Shown piece after piece: positions 14,101 through 27,900 of a DNA stretch of 64,000 nucleotides. This DNA comes from Octopus sinensis. Taxonomy: Eukaryota. A model generated the notes under the pieces. That model was given only the letters and a program-made list of their open reading frames with translations, was not told the DNA's origin and did not search any database. The stretch lies in assembly GCF_006345805.1 (NCBI RefSeq), contig NC_042997.1, positions 35,650,001 through 35,714,000 of the forward strand, read 5' to 3'. Each line of letters starts with the position of its first letter. Positions within the stretch are counted from its first letter, which is position 1. The position numbers were made by a program, and so were the translations under genes.

Positions 14101-16349
14101 GAAATACTCATATTCACTGTTTCAGCCATTAACCTTACCTGTGTAGACAGGTTAACAATAACAATTGTTCCCTCCAGATATTATGAAAATTTAATAAATA
14201 TATTCATGGAACTGTATACAGTTGGCCATATACGTTTTAAGTACTTTACTCGAAATATAACGCGATATTGCAATTTATTTGAATTTCTAATCCATTATAC
14301 GTCATTGTAGAAGTTTAGCAAAAAGCAAATTTACACCAACAGATATAGGCTGAATATATTTAGATAAATCTCCAAAAGGTCTTGTCTTACTATAACCAGT
14401 GCCATTGTACATGCGTTTCTACAGAATTAACTTTTATCCCTTTTCGTAAATTTTCAACTATGCTGAAATTATGAATTCCAAATTTTGTCTCAGCCAGTTA
14501 TTTCAGGTATCATGGGAATTTTACATGGTTGTTCGACATACTAGACATATCACCTAAATTATTTTACATGTGTTAAAACCCATTGTTGAAGCTAAATACA
14601 ATCACCTTAGTAGCTATTTGTTTTAAACATTAGGTTATACCAATTATAAAAGTCGTAGGTTTCAGTTAATTTTGCCTGTAATGTGTTGATTTTAAATATG
14701 CATTCAATACATGCGTAAAGATTTCTTAACCATAGCATTTCCTGAGATAAACTTATTCTATAACGCACCGCAAGAAACTACTCACTAATGTCTTTGTCTG
14801 GTTTTTTTTTCATATGAAAACTGTTTGTATATATGTGCCATATTAAAAGAATAATACTTTCATAAATATAATTTTTACTCCGTTCAAACCACTGCTACAC
14901 GGGGACTGACATTTCACATAAAACACATTTCTATATAAAATTTCATATTGGTCCATACACTACTGACTTTTATCTTCACACGATGCACTTAAATCTCTAA
15001 TGTTATGGTTACTTATGAACCACGATGAAAGTCTGTGTCTAATCAATATTCCTAATCGATTATTTTCTTTATTACCAGAGTGGATTGCGTTATGTCAAGA
15101 CGACCATTTTTATGAAGCATTCTTTTCCTCCGGAAAAAATAATCTACTATATTTACGCTGCAACATTGAACATCGTGAAATGTGAGAACTTGTTCGCATA
15201 TATTCTTTAGTGTCTATAACTACCTACTCACTCGTCTGGAATTTTATTTCAAAGATCTAAGCTGTCTTTGCATTAACTACATACACTGCATTTACTTTAT
15301 CATCAAACTGATATAAAACTTTCGTTACGTTGTGCTTTCTAACGTGTCTCCTAATATATTAGTATTAATATCCATGTCAGTTAAAGCAATTTACCAATAC
15401 TTGACATTGTTCTGCCTAATATCTTTTTGTTCCCGTGTGGCTGTATCACAGTTTGTCACCTTTCACTCTCTTGAAGAATAGTTATTCTGAGAAACTTTTG
15501 TTAAATAAGAATTTTAAAAATAGAACATTGGCAAGACCTGTACGCATATTATCCTATGAATCATTGCTATGCCTAATATAAACTCTAAAACCTGCTTAAA
15601 TTTGTCTTCATTTGTTAAGACGTGACCTGGGAGACACTAAAGAAAGTAGGAACAAAGAAAAACTTTGTTCAAATCGCACATAGGTTGGATCTGCTTTTCA
15701 CCCATTTGAGGGTGATGCTATACAGAACTAGCTAACAACTGAGGATGATATTTTCGACTAACCCGTTTCTTTCAAATTTTCTAGCAATTTCTCTAGATTA
15801 GAAAGAATTATTATTATCTAAAAAACTTAGTTTAAGTTTTCTATTTGTTATGCCTATGTTGATAAATAAGTAACCGAATGGAAACTGATAAGTTTTTTTC
15901 AATTGCACGTGGTTCTTCCAGAATAATATTAGTTTGAAACGGTTTTCTAACAGGTGTGTGTTTTACTGGTTTTGGTAATAAAAACTACTTCGATGAAGTG
16001 ATCTTATCTCACTTTCAGCTAACACATCAGTAAATCAGTAAAAAGGAACGGCCATTTGGGTTTTCGTGATTCCGAAAAATACTGCAATTTTTTATTTAAT
16101 TATTTCTAACAAGAACTACAGCTGGTAGTTGTTTTCAATTTTTCAATTATTGAAGACGTAATCAATCGTATTTTGTAACTTTCATATTTGTAATTGTTCT
16201 CAGAATCCATTTCGTTAATTCATCTTCTCACGCACAGATAGCTACTTTTACTTGTAAAGCATGGCAGTACAGTTGGAACCATCAATGTAAACACAATAAA
16301 GATACTCTCTCTCTCTCACTATCAGTCTATCTTTGTCACGCACACACAC

Positions 16350-16407
<58 letters not shown>

Positions 16408-17834
16408 AGAGAGACAGAGACAGAGAGAGATATAGAGAGACAGAGAGATTCCTATTACCCGTTTCAGCCATGCAGCTGTGGTTATATTGGAGCCATCCTT
16501 CAAACTTACAGAATATAAGCATTTTTATAGTATATCTATTCTTAAGAAAAATATTTACACGAGCTCTTAACCCATGTGGCATCTAATTTTAGAAAAAAAT
16601 TCGAACGTCTCCCTATAAAACTGAATTAGAGTAAAATTGCCAATTGAAATCATCCTATTAACTTCTCGTAACTTAATATATTCAATAACGTAGAGCGGCA
16701 TGTGAAATCCCGACAGGTACATTTTATTCATATATTCTAGGTGGTTGTAAACATTTTCAAGTAAAATAGTTTACGGAAAAGAGTTGGCTCTTTGATTGAT
16801 AATGTGAATGTTAATATTTTCTCGTTTCGTTCGTCGATGGTAGCATCCAACGTGCACTGAACAAATTATTTGGTGACCCATTTCAAGTCGTGAGTTCACA
16901 TAACTCTCAAGTTGGTTTTATTTCCGCTCCTTGAAGGTCAACACAATATGTAGTACCCAAGTAACGGGGTCAACATAATCAACTATTCCCTTATCAACAG
17001 TGTCTCAGCATAATCAAAGTCTACTCTCGGAAAAAAATGAGTTGATATGAAATGAAAATCAATATTTAACATTAGACTTCTACTTTGATCTGTTTTTAAT
17101 CGTATGTGTAAAATATTTATTGTTTTGTGGTTGCCTCCAAATTATGTTCAATTTGCAATTCTAATCGGACATACAGAATGCATCAGCTCATATTCGCTTG
17201 GGACTTGAAAATTTTAGCGATTATTTGGTCACGAGTGATATGGGACAGGAAATGCCATAACGATTAAAATTTATGCTAGAATCGTTATATGTGTCCGCAT
17301 CATACATGATGATTTATAACAACAACTAAATTACTTCACACGAGACGGTGAAGATGCCGACGACCGCTTTGTTCAAAGTCTCCCTTGACTTCAAGTGGCC
17401 TGAACCCTCTACATGAACACCACCCTGTACTTAACTCCATGTCCCCCTACATGGCCTTGCTTTTTGCTTTTGAGCCAAAAAATTAACTACTAACTAACTA
17501 ACTAACTAACTTCATGTACTTCAATATGCACATTTGTTCATTAGATATATTTAGTTATTAGGAATATGTCAATTGCTAATGAAACGTTTTCACTCATCAG
17601 GTATTATCAGCAATATAATCATTTCCAAAATCGCACCCATAGCTTAATCTTAATAGGAAGGAATAGTGTTTTCTTCTGTAGCAAAGTTTTACTATTGTAA
17701 ACTATATAACTCCATGATCCCCCAAGAAAAAATGGTGTTCCTGCCAATTGTAATATGTTTATTAGTCTCCAATTTGTCCACGCTTTTTGAGAAACATTTT
17801 GCCCGGCGTTCTAATTAGCCTGCCAGCTCTCTGC

Positions 17835-18051
17835 CAATGGCTTCAAATGTTGGCACAAGGCCAGCAATTTCGAGGATGGGTGGGATAGGTCGATTACATC
17901 GACACCAGTGTCCACTGGTACGTATTTTTTACCGACCGCGATGAAGCAGAAAGATAACCTCGTCAGAATTTGAACTGAGAACGTAAAACTGGAAGAAATT
18001 CCACTCAGCATCTTGTCAGACGTGCTAACGATCCAGCTAGCTTGCCGCCCT
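17835..18051 (-). mobile_element. SINE family 2, diverged copy
   Basis: Reverse complement begins GGCGGCAAGCTAGC..CGTTAGCACG. Confidence 0.75.
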
Positions 18052-18698
18052 TATGATGTTATTAATAATTCGTTCATTATAATAGGCACAAGAAATATAG
18101 TATTATTAGTAATGGCAGCTCATTCAGGAGATTGTTGATATAGTATTTGTATGCTGGAAAGTATAGTTAAAACTCGACCAGAATATTAACTAATCATATT
18201 TTAGCTAACCAAGTGTAACACAAGCAGAATTTAGCAACATTTAAATCAGTAATATATATTGAAGTATCAAATTACATTTACTCATAACTCGACTGTTTTT
18301 GTCTACTTAAACATCTTAATATATATAAACTTTTGTAACTTTCCTTCACACATAGTAACCCACAATCTATAATCAATAAGAAAGAAACAGAGTCAATTCA
18401 ATTGACCTAGTAATTGACGGGTATCTTTAATCGAACATTAAAAAAATGAAAGGCATTATATTTCAGTTCCTTAGTCTTTTCAATAAAAACAGACAAATAC
18501 ATGATCGATGGAAATACATACGGGGCTAATTGTAAGGACTTAACTTTCATCAACGTTCAGCGATTTTTAAACTGCATAGAGACTTGTATATAAATAGACT
18601 GAATAATTTTGAAAGAATGTTTTGGCCATTCGTGGTAGATAATTCCATTGTTAAACATCAATTAAAGAATCAATTTAATCAATTGTTTCCAAAATTCT

Positions 18699-18739
<41 letters not shown>

Positions 18740-18749
18740 TGTGTGTGTG

Positions 18750-18783
<34 letters not shown>

Positions 18784-18788
18784 GGTGG

Positions 18789-18825
<37 letters not shown>

Positions 18826-18861
18826 GATTCATAATTCCATATATATTCTACTTTTGTTTAT

Positions 18862-18950
18862 TGTTTTACATGTTTCGAGCATTTGAATGCGGCCTGGCTA
18901 GAACATCGCCCTAAAGGTTTTTTAGTCGAACAGATTGACCCCCCAGTACT
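18862..18950 (-). mobile_element. SINE family 1, 3' fragment
   Basis: TTTGAATGCGGCC..TAGTCGAACAGATTGACCCC matches the family tail. Confidence 0.6.
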
Positions 18951-19172
18951 AAGTATCGGGAATGTAAACAGGTCAAATCGATTGCCACGTGATGCTGTGC
19001 AACAATATCTGTTTGAATGTAAGTACTATACATTGGCCATAATTAAGTTCCAGGTTCAGTGACTATGTGAATAAAGGGTTCAACGTTGCTCATATGTCAG
19101 CGTGTGTATATAAATTGTGTTCGTAATGAGATAAAAACCAAGGGTGCGTAGATTTTGGAACATAGATAGAAG

Positions 19173-19220
19173 GTCTTACAGCTGTTTCCAGGATATGTAT
19201 TATATCCGTTCATCGGAGAC
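19173..19220 (-). ncRNA. Hammerhead motif (CCGAUGA core variant) in a PLE-like remnant
   Basis: GUCU-CCGAUGA-[GGAUAU/AUAUCC]-GAAAC-AGCU-GUA-AGAC. Confidence 0.6.
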
Positions 19221-19568
19221 GGTGTGAGAAGATGGTTAAGTAATAGTTAATTTTGATAGGATACAAAAGAGAGAGTGAGGTGAAGGAAAGAAAACAGATG
19301 TGAGATATGTAGGTCTTTTTAATCTTATTACGAACGAAATTATACAAACACACACACATACACATACACATATATATATATTCGTAATGAGATAAAAAAG
19401 GCTACATATATCTTACAGAGCCCAAAGTGAGAATATGTATCTCGTGAACGATGATACGCTATGAAAGACAGGTATTATAGCCACAATTATATAGGTCTAT
19501 AAATTGAAAATTAATGTACCAGAAAACGATTTGGTATTTAAATTTTTCAAAATAGAAACAATATTTCA

Positions 19569-19585
19569 TATTATTATTATTATTA

Positions 19586-19640
<55 letters not shown>
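19569..19640. repeat. (ATT)n tract
   Basis: Seen directly. Confidence 0.99.
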
Positions 19641-19641
<1 letters not shown>

Positions 19642-20319
19642 GAGTGAGAGAGCAGTTCATGCCATCAAAGTGACACTGGGGTAAAATATACGAAGCCCAA
19701 TACCCATCATGACTACCCGTCTGATAAGGGCACACCAGGCACATGCATCACAACCATATGTGTGCGACATGGTGATCTCATATCAAGATAAACAGCACAT
19801 GACCTTGCAGGTGGGGCCCAGTTAGAATTTTCTTCAGGTTGAGTAGCCCATCCCGCTCAAATGGTCCCTGAATAAGGGTTGTTTAAGGATGTTGAAAGAA
19901 CCACCCATGTTTCCAGATGTGAATTATTCAAACCCCAAAGAATCCCTCTCAACACATGGCTATGATGCTCCGCCACTACTTCTGCTCGTGATCAGAGATG
20001 CACATATCGTCAGCCTCAATATCGACATGCTCAACTGGTTAAGGTCAAACAACTGACGAGCAAATCTGTGGTATTGAGCAGAATATTTGCTGTAGCCCAT
20101 CTTTTATACCAAGACAAAACAATGTACATGATAACACTTCCAATCAGTTAAGATCAGAAGCCATGAGAGCCACTGTCTGGTACTGCATCAGGGCATGGTA
20201 CTGCATCAGGGCATGGTACTGCATCAGGGCATTGTACTGCATCAGGGCATGGTACTGTATCAGGGCATGGTATTGCATCAGGGCATTGTACTGCATCAGG
20301 GCATGGTACTGCATCAGGG

Positions 20320-20322
<3 letters not shown>
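19641..20322 (-). mobile_element. ~680-bp non-coding retroelement embedded in (TAA)n
   Basis: Minus strand ends CACTCA followed by (ATA)n; no ORF; flanked by ATT tracts. Orientation is inferred from the tail. Confidence 0.6.
20179..20322. repeat. 18-bp unit GGTACTGCATCAGGGCAT x8
   Basis: Eight copies counted, with 0-1 substitution each. Confidence 0.97.
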
Positions 20323-20353
<31 letters not shown>

Positions 20354-20354
<1 letters not shown>

Positions 20355-22065
20355 TATGTTTGACTTTGCTTTATATTTGTACAAGTTGGCTCCAAGTCTC
20401 ACCCAGAGACCTCAAGAGACAACAGGGTGGAAGTTCATGTTGTTGTTATGCCAGTGTGCCATATATTTGGGTGGTGGGGATGTACTAATGAATGTCTAAA
20501 AAAAAAAAAGCTTTTTTTTTTTTTTAAACCGAAATTATGTTTGTTTTAAACCTTGAGGTTACATAGAGAGTATTTTGCGTAGGATATGAGCAGTTCCCAT
20601 GAGCACTATCTTTTGAACTTCTGCCATTTTTGGGTTTCCTGGTATCTGAGTTAGGTAGCTATCAGCCCCTTTTGCTATCATCCCAGGGCACCATGACAAC
20701 AGGTATTGTTTTAGTCTTCAGCTTCCACATTTTGCTGATTTCTATTTCAAGATCTTTATATTTGCTCAGTTTTTGGTAGGTCCTGACAGATACGTTTATA
20801 TCGATTGGGACAGTCATATCAATGAGGAGGCATGTTCTTTGTTTGAAGTCTTTCAATATGATGTCTGGCCTATTTGCTGTCAGTTTGAATGGTGAAGTTC
20901 CAGAGGAGTGAGATGTGGTCATTTTCAAGCACTGGGGGTGGTTTGTGTTCCCACCAGTTTTTTTCATGGGGCAAATCCAGGTTTTTACAGATTACCCAGT
21001 GAATATATTGTGCAGCTCTATCGTGCCTGTTGAGATACTCTGTAGGCGCTAGAAGACTGCACTTGGAGACCACATGGTCAATGGTTTAATTTTGTTGCTT
21101 GCATACACGACACGTTGGACTGCTTCTGATCTTTAATATGTTGGCCTGGTAGTTTCTTGTTGGTAGGCATTGATCTTGAGCTGCTATGATAAACCCCTCT
21201 GTTTCAGATTTTAAGCCAGAGGCCATTAGCCATTGATGGGTCGGGCTTTGTCGATATCTGCATTATTCGCTCTCTTTGGGTATTTGCCCGTAGTAGAGAG
21301 GTTTTTCTTGCCATTTATTATTCAGAATATCTAAGGCCGCAGTTTTGGCACGGGTTTTCATGCGCCTAGCTTTTTCTGTGCTTGTTTCTTGTATGTCTAT
21401 CTCTAATTCCGAAATTGGTTGTATTCGGAATTCACTTAGATATTCCTTTGCCTGTTTTGACTGAGTATGATGCTTCTTGTTTTCATGTTTTGAGACAAGT
21501 TTTAACATCCAGTCCTCAGAGTTTTTCAGGTAGGTGTCTAGGCCAATTGTAGCAATCTTCATTGTTATTGCCAGTTGCAAACGACCACGGCCTCCCTTTT
21601 TCTTGGCAGATAGAGTCGTTCTGTATCTGCCTTAGGGTGGTGCATTCTATGCATTGTCAACAGTTTCCTTATTTTTCTGTCGAGCTGACATATTTCAGTA
21701 ATTGACCAGTTAACAATATTGAAACTGTAAGTCACGACTGGTATAGCTAATGCATTGATTGCTTCGATCCTGTTTCTTGCATTCAGCTCTGTCTTGAGTA
21801 TTGCTCTCACTCTTCGATAGCATTCTCTCCTGATCCTTTCCTTCATCTCTGAATGCCTTATTCCGTTCCCTTCAATTACCCCTAGCTACTTGTAGCTCTC
21901 CGCTGGGTCTAGTTCTTTTATGACATTCTGTTGGTCAAGGTTAACGTTAGATGTTTCTGTCATTTTTCCTTTGATAAAGGTAGCCTTTGCACATTTATCG
22001 AGGCCGAATTACATTCTGATGTCGTCACTGAATTGTTTGACTATCGCTAGTAAGCCCTTGAGTTG

Positions 22066-22069
<4 letters not shown>
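20354..22069 (-). mobile_element. 5'-truncated R4/Dong-clade LINE (RT C-part, CCHC knuckle, restriction-like endonuclease), frameshifted
   Basis: FSDDIRM*FGLDKCAK, HPKADTERLYLPRK, CRVCKQQ..TIDHVVSKC, NRPDIILKD..CLLIDM, GTAHILRK; stop near 20560; (TAA)n at both ends. Confidence 0.95.
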
Positions 22070-22143
<74 letters not shown>

Positions 22144-22640
22144 CTGCTAATACCTTGTGTCTAAACAAATGTCAACATTCAACATTCAATTTGAAGCAAG
22201 TTTTTTTTTTTATTAACAGAGGAATGGATAAATAGTTTTACTTGATTCAGTTTAGTATTTCATTGGACAAAATCTAGGATTGAGATAATAGTAAAAATGT
22301 AACAAAGTATAAAATCGAAGAATGATTGTTATTATTCAACTAGCTCCTTGCATTGACCTTTGGCTCTTCCGCATCACGCAGGCATACAAATAAACGCATG
22401 CGTATGTATCTATGTATGTATATATCTATGTATGCATATATGTATGAATGCATGTATGCATATATGTATGTATGTATGTATGTATATATGTATCTACGCA
22501 TGTATGTATGTATGCATGCATGTATGTATGTATATATATATTATATAATATATATATATATATATAATATATGTAGGAGGTTGAAAAGGAACACAGGAGT
22601 TGATATATATATGGAGAAAAAGCCAACGTATAAAATGTTA

Positions 22641-23085
22641 AAATAATTTTATAAAAAAATAAATTCACTACCGGCTTCAGTCATTGAGACTTCTTCAACT
22701 GTAAGTATGGAAAACAATTAAATTTTGGAAAAATTAAATGAAAAGTATTTAAAAAGAATGTTTGCATAGTATTCAAATACAAGGGGCACTTTTCTTGTTT
22801 CTGCCTGTCTCTGCCTCCCTTGTTTACTCTTGTGGGTTCGAGTTTGTTGTTCGAGGTCGGGATCGAGGTCTTTGTGACAACGACCTCTAACCCACAAGAG
22901 TAAACAAGAGAGACAGAGACAGTCAGAAACAAGGAAAATGCCCCCTCGTATTTGAATACTATGCAAATATTCTTTTTAAATAATTTTCATTTAATTTTTC
23001 CAAAATTCAATTGGTTTCCACACTTACAGTTGAAAAAGTATGAATGACTGGGACCGGTACTGAAATATTTTTTATAAAATTATTT
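22641..23085. mobile_element. Foldback/MITE-like element with ~197-bp inverted arms
   Basis: 22641-22838 is the reverse complement of 22889-23085 (roughly 85-90% identity by eye). Confidence 0.8.
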
Positions 23086-23114
23086 TTGCATTTCCTACCT
23101 TGTCTTTTTTCCAT

Positions 23115-23203
<89 letters not shown>

Positions 23204-24661
23204 GCATATGTGTATGTGTGTGTACACTTATGGAATGTGATCTGCACACATATACAAACACATACATACACATATAATCCGTATATGTATGTATGCATGA
23301 AGCTATCTATGTACGTACGTATGTGTGTGTGTGCATTTGCGTGAGTTATCATCTCGGATGTCTGTCAATCGTAGATCGAGAGAAATTAGAAAGCATGTAT
23401 ACAAATTGATACAGCTCGGAAAAATCATCAGAATGTTTAATTTGCTTTGTTTGATCAGTTTGCTTGGTCCCTTTTGTTGTTTTTCCTTTCTTTTTAGAAT
23501 AAACCAGCCGAGTGAAATACGTTCGATATAGAATTGAAGCAATTATGATATTTTTAGAAGTCACGACTAACAGAAAACATAAAGAATACCAATATATATT
23601 TACATATGCACACACACAAACTCATATGCGTACACACACAGACACACACCCACATACACACACACACGCACTCACATATAAAGAAATATGTATATTCTTG
23701 TTGATGATATAAGTTAGTATCATATTAGAATGCCCAGCAGTGAAATTAGAAATAAACATATGAAGTGTTGGCCTCTCTTTGCTTTCTAAACATATTTGTT
23801 GGCCAATAGTGCACAGAAATTCGTTCAGAATTTCAAATTATTTAAAGTTTCATTGTCTTGCGCTGAAAGCCTTCCTATATCAAAGTTTTCACAAGCATTA
23901 ATATTTGAGCTTAACATTAAAAGACAAAGCAAGAACAGAAACAAATGACAATTATACTTTGGAGTTCGTCACTTTTCCATAATATACTCAGCAACTGAAA
24001 TTTTTACATCTTGGGCAACATTTTTTAAAGGGATATTCAGTGAATAAAAATAATCACTTCAACTACAGCGAGAAACTTAACCAAACCAACTAAATACGCG
24101 AATCAAAATGATCTCGAACCAATGAATAAGTTTCTTGGGTTTTCACTCGACTGACTATAAATGCAAGTTAAAACTTGTGCCTTTTTTACTATATCAAATA
24201 ATGAGATGACGTAAGCATGGCCCTTAAACTGTGATTACAGACTTTACGAATAGGATTAGATGTTTACATTCAACAGTCTTAACAGTTCAAATGTAAAAAT
24301 AGTGCGCAAGAAAACCCCCTTAATAACGAGGTTTAACGAATATACAAGGGTATATATCTAAAAAGGTTTCCACTAGGTAATGATGACCTTAGGAGAAGCC
24401 TGGATTGTGGATGCTCGGTATCTACAGGAGATCATATTGGCTATTACATAGGTACAAGTGCAGCCTATACAATTGGATCGTTAAGACGGCAGGTTTGATT
24501 CGAGAATGTTTTGATCTGCGTATTTAGTAGGATGGGCTACGTATCTGACTGTAGTTGAAATGATTACCTTTATTGATTGAATATCCTTTTAACATTGTTG
24601 CCTAATATAAATAAGATGACGAATCTCAAAATACGACTGCGACTTTTCCTGTTCTTGATTT

Positions 24662-24895
24662 GTCTTTAAAACTTCTTTTATTAACCAACTATCTTCATTT
24701 AGATATCGAATAAAGAAATCTGGATTATCTTAACTAAATTTATTTGGGAACTAAAAGATAGCGGCATGAAATACGATAGCAAACGGCGAATATTGAGTAG
24801 TGATCTACCTTATGGCGTTGGCAAGATAAGGTGTGACTTGTGCCTCTAAGAAGTCTATTTTGAACGAGAATAAGGAATTCATGCTACTATGTGCT
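24662..24895 (+). mobile_element. Decayed Penelope GIY-YIG endonuclease C-terminal fragment
   Basis: FKTSFINQLSSFR..KFIWELKDSGMKY..RILS..PY....RCDLCL*E matches the PLE pattern FKTR.NNH.SSFR..KYIW.LK..Y..W.I..Y..C.LCL.EK. Confidence 0.75.
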
Positions 24896-25902
24896 CCTCT
24901 CTGCCTTTCCAGTTAATTCTTTAGTTAATAGCATATTTATTGTTTAGAATTCCAAATCGGTGTTTTCTATATTTTGTCTACATATTATATTTACAATATG
25001 ATCTTTACTTTAAGTCTTCCGTTAAGTCTGCTAATTTTAGTTAGTTACTGCAGAGGTGCCCTTCACCACTTTTAATGAAAATCGTATTAGTTTTCCTCAA
25101 CTTACTATATTTCATTATATTATGTTTTGGCTTCTTCATAAATTCTATTTGTTAGTATTCCTATGTATTCCTATCCGTAGCATATTTGAAGCTGTCGATC
25201 TTAATATTTAGTAAATAGTGAATAGTGCCTTCTTAGAAATAATTTAACAAGTTTTCAATATGTCAATGTTTCTTTGCCATCACTTATAAATCCATCAACT
25301 CTACTAAGAATTCAAAATCTAGTAGTAATTTCTAATGCTCTATCCCCCGTAGTGTAGAACAACCATGAACATTATAGAAATGTATCAGATTTTAAAATTG
25401 TTTTTGGCCAGATTTACAAATCTTTGATGCTTACTGCTATTACTGCTCCTTTTTCCCTTTGCCTGTCCATTGCTAATAACTCACTTAAAATAGGTGATCT
25501 AATTTTCAAATAATAACATTTTGGCCAAATTTCATTCAAAAGTGTAGGATTGTTTTCTATATTTTCAGTCGATTGACTATAGATCGAGTGATTAATACAA
25601 TTGAGCTATGGAATTAAACTGTTCTATCAAGTATCGGGATCATGCGCAAACCTTCAATAAATATATGGAACACATCATATTTGTGTGTGTATATATATGT
25701 TTCTTGGGGCTAAAACAACAGTAACATCGTCTATTTCAGGACAGCCAGGTTATGTTGGCAAATAGCATTTCTTCAATTATCTCTCACTAAATATCTTTCT
25801 TTGAGAGATTTAGAAATAATGATATTTCTACTTGTGTGTGTATATATATATGAAGAGAGAGAGAGAGAGAGAGATGCAAGAAATACACACACACACACAT
25901 AT

Positions 25903-25958
<56 letters not shown>

Positions 25959-26589
25959 ATATATATTATAAAGTTTAGTATATTAATTTACGATTTTGAG
26001 GGCAGGGGACGTTTGTATGTCCGACAACAGATTTAGACAATTTGTAAAGGAAAACGCTAGTTTGTTTCCGAACTATGAAATATCTCTAAATATACCGGTG
26101 ACCGTGAGATATATATCAATGTGAATGTAATCCCAGTTTCAAGTAAATATGTTTATCGGTTAGCTGGTGCTATGTGTAATTTTCTACATGACGTTTAACC
26201 AAGAAGAAAGTGAGACCGATATCATGTTATCCCGAATGTCTTATATCCAAGAGATAACTGCAGAATGGTCAAGTTCCCAAATATTTAGCCGCAAATATTC
26301 CTGTGGAAACTAAACTGACTAGAAATTCACAAGCTTGCTCAATTCTCTCTGTGATGATTTTACTCATAATGCATGCACAGATTACATACTATCACATATT
26401 CTACAAATCAGCAACTATTCATTGGAATTAAAGAACTTGTTTGGAGAGCAATGCTATGTGGATCATGTTAATAAATAACTCATTTCTTTTATTTGGCAAT
26501 TGATTGTTAACGGTATATACAACTAATGAAGGAGGTTATCAAAGACTAATATACGCTGCTTCAGAAACACGTAACATGAAAGGAAGTCG

Positions 26590-26870
26590 GAGTAATCTAT
26601 TTTATCAAAATATAATTCCGTATCTCTCCGAATTTTCCGGTTTTGTTAACATTTTGCAAAAAGAAAAAATGGAAAGAAATCGTTCCTTCCTCCCTTCATA
26701 CGGTACTATATTCTCTCTCATTTATTTACAATATTATTACACCTTGTATTTCCATAGAAGACTATGCACATCCTTTGTACTGTCTGTGCTGTATGTTGAC
26801 GATATAATAATTCATCCAGTCCTGTCACCAAGTTGGCTTTCTTTCATAGTGAGAAACATATTGCTTGAAA
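26590..26870 (+). mobile_element. Possible decayed L2/CR1-type RT core
   Basis: YLS..FVNI..LPSYGTIFS..LYVDDII follows the YLS.R.Q.V.I..GVPQGSILSP..LYADD order. Confidence 0.4.
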
Positions 26871-27900
26871 TTTCACATAAGCTTTCCGCATTCATTAGTA
26901 CATACATAAATGCATACATACATACATACATACATACGTACGTAGGTACGTACGTACATGCGTACATACATATATACTTACATACATATACTACAGATTT
27001 ACTGAAACTGAAGTTTTAGCGAAAGGTGTTTAACAGACTATTATTCGAACACTCCGGCGATAACATCGAATAGGAGCCAAGAATGAATAACTACAATTCT
27101 GCTGCCCCTTTTATTTCAATTGTTATTGAATTCTTTTCAATGTAATTTTTCTTCACGTCACTATTACTACTGTTCCGTTCGTTTTGCAAATGACATGACC
27201 TGGATTTTATCAATTCTCAAATAAGTTGGTTGGTTTTTCAACTTTGACCTAAGAGGTTCATAACCCCTATAGTTAATCTTACTACCCTGACGTGTCTGTA
27301 CCGAGCGATCGACTTTTAAAGCACATTAAATCATTCTGAAAGCTCGTCCGTATTTTCAGAATCCGTTCAGGTCAGTATTTATTGGTGGCAATAGAAACAT
27401 ATTGGTATGATTCAGTGACAGTTAATGGATTAACACCTAACACAAAGCTATATGTTATGTTGCATAGCGTATACAAAATGTTTTATAGGTATCTTTAAAT
27501 TATCATCTCACACTAAGAAATAAAAAGTTCAAAATAATTGTCAGACTTCTAATGAGATTAGAAACGTATTTAAATTAAATATAGTGTTATGTGTCCATCT
27601 CAGATTAATGCAATTCTATAGAGTTGAAGTCATAATTGGCAAAAAGCTTAAATACGCTACATAGCAGGATTTTATTAACGCACTTTTAGATGTAGAACGC
27701 ACATACGCACACACACACACACAAACATACACACACACATACATGTGTTTGTATATGTAGGTATATGTATGTATATATGTATATTTAAGAAACTATATAT
27801 ACATATAATTCGCAGACGTTGGAAAAAGTATATTGGTCAGCTGTTTGACTATTTCTGTTACTTAGTCACACCATTTTAATATATGATCTCTAATAAAAGA

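Noticed and set aside
14970-15260. Candidate exon (acceptor at 15078, donor GTGAGA at 15182; WIALCQDDHFYEAFF...)
   Set aside because: Two frames are open, there is no recognisable domain and no supported partner exon; indistinguishable from chance or decayed TE.
18969-19017. Short stretch ending in a perfect GTAAGT donor
   Set aside because: Poor acceptor, next to a SINE remnant, no protein similarity.
20163-20363. Regular 18-bp array and repetitive ORF (AWYCIR)n
   Set aside because: No spacers, so not CRISPR; the ORF is a by-product of the tandem repeat.
24378-24500. AG...GT-bounded open segment (NDDLRRSLDCG...)
   Set aside because: No recognisable product; weak splice signals.
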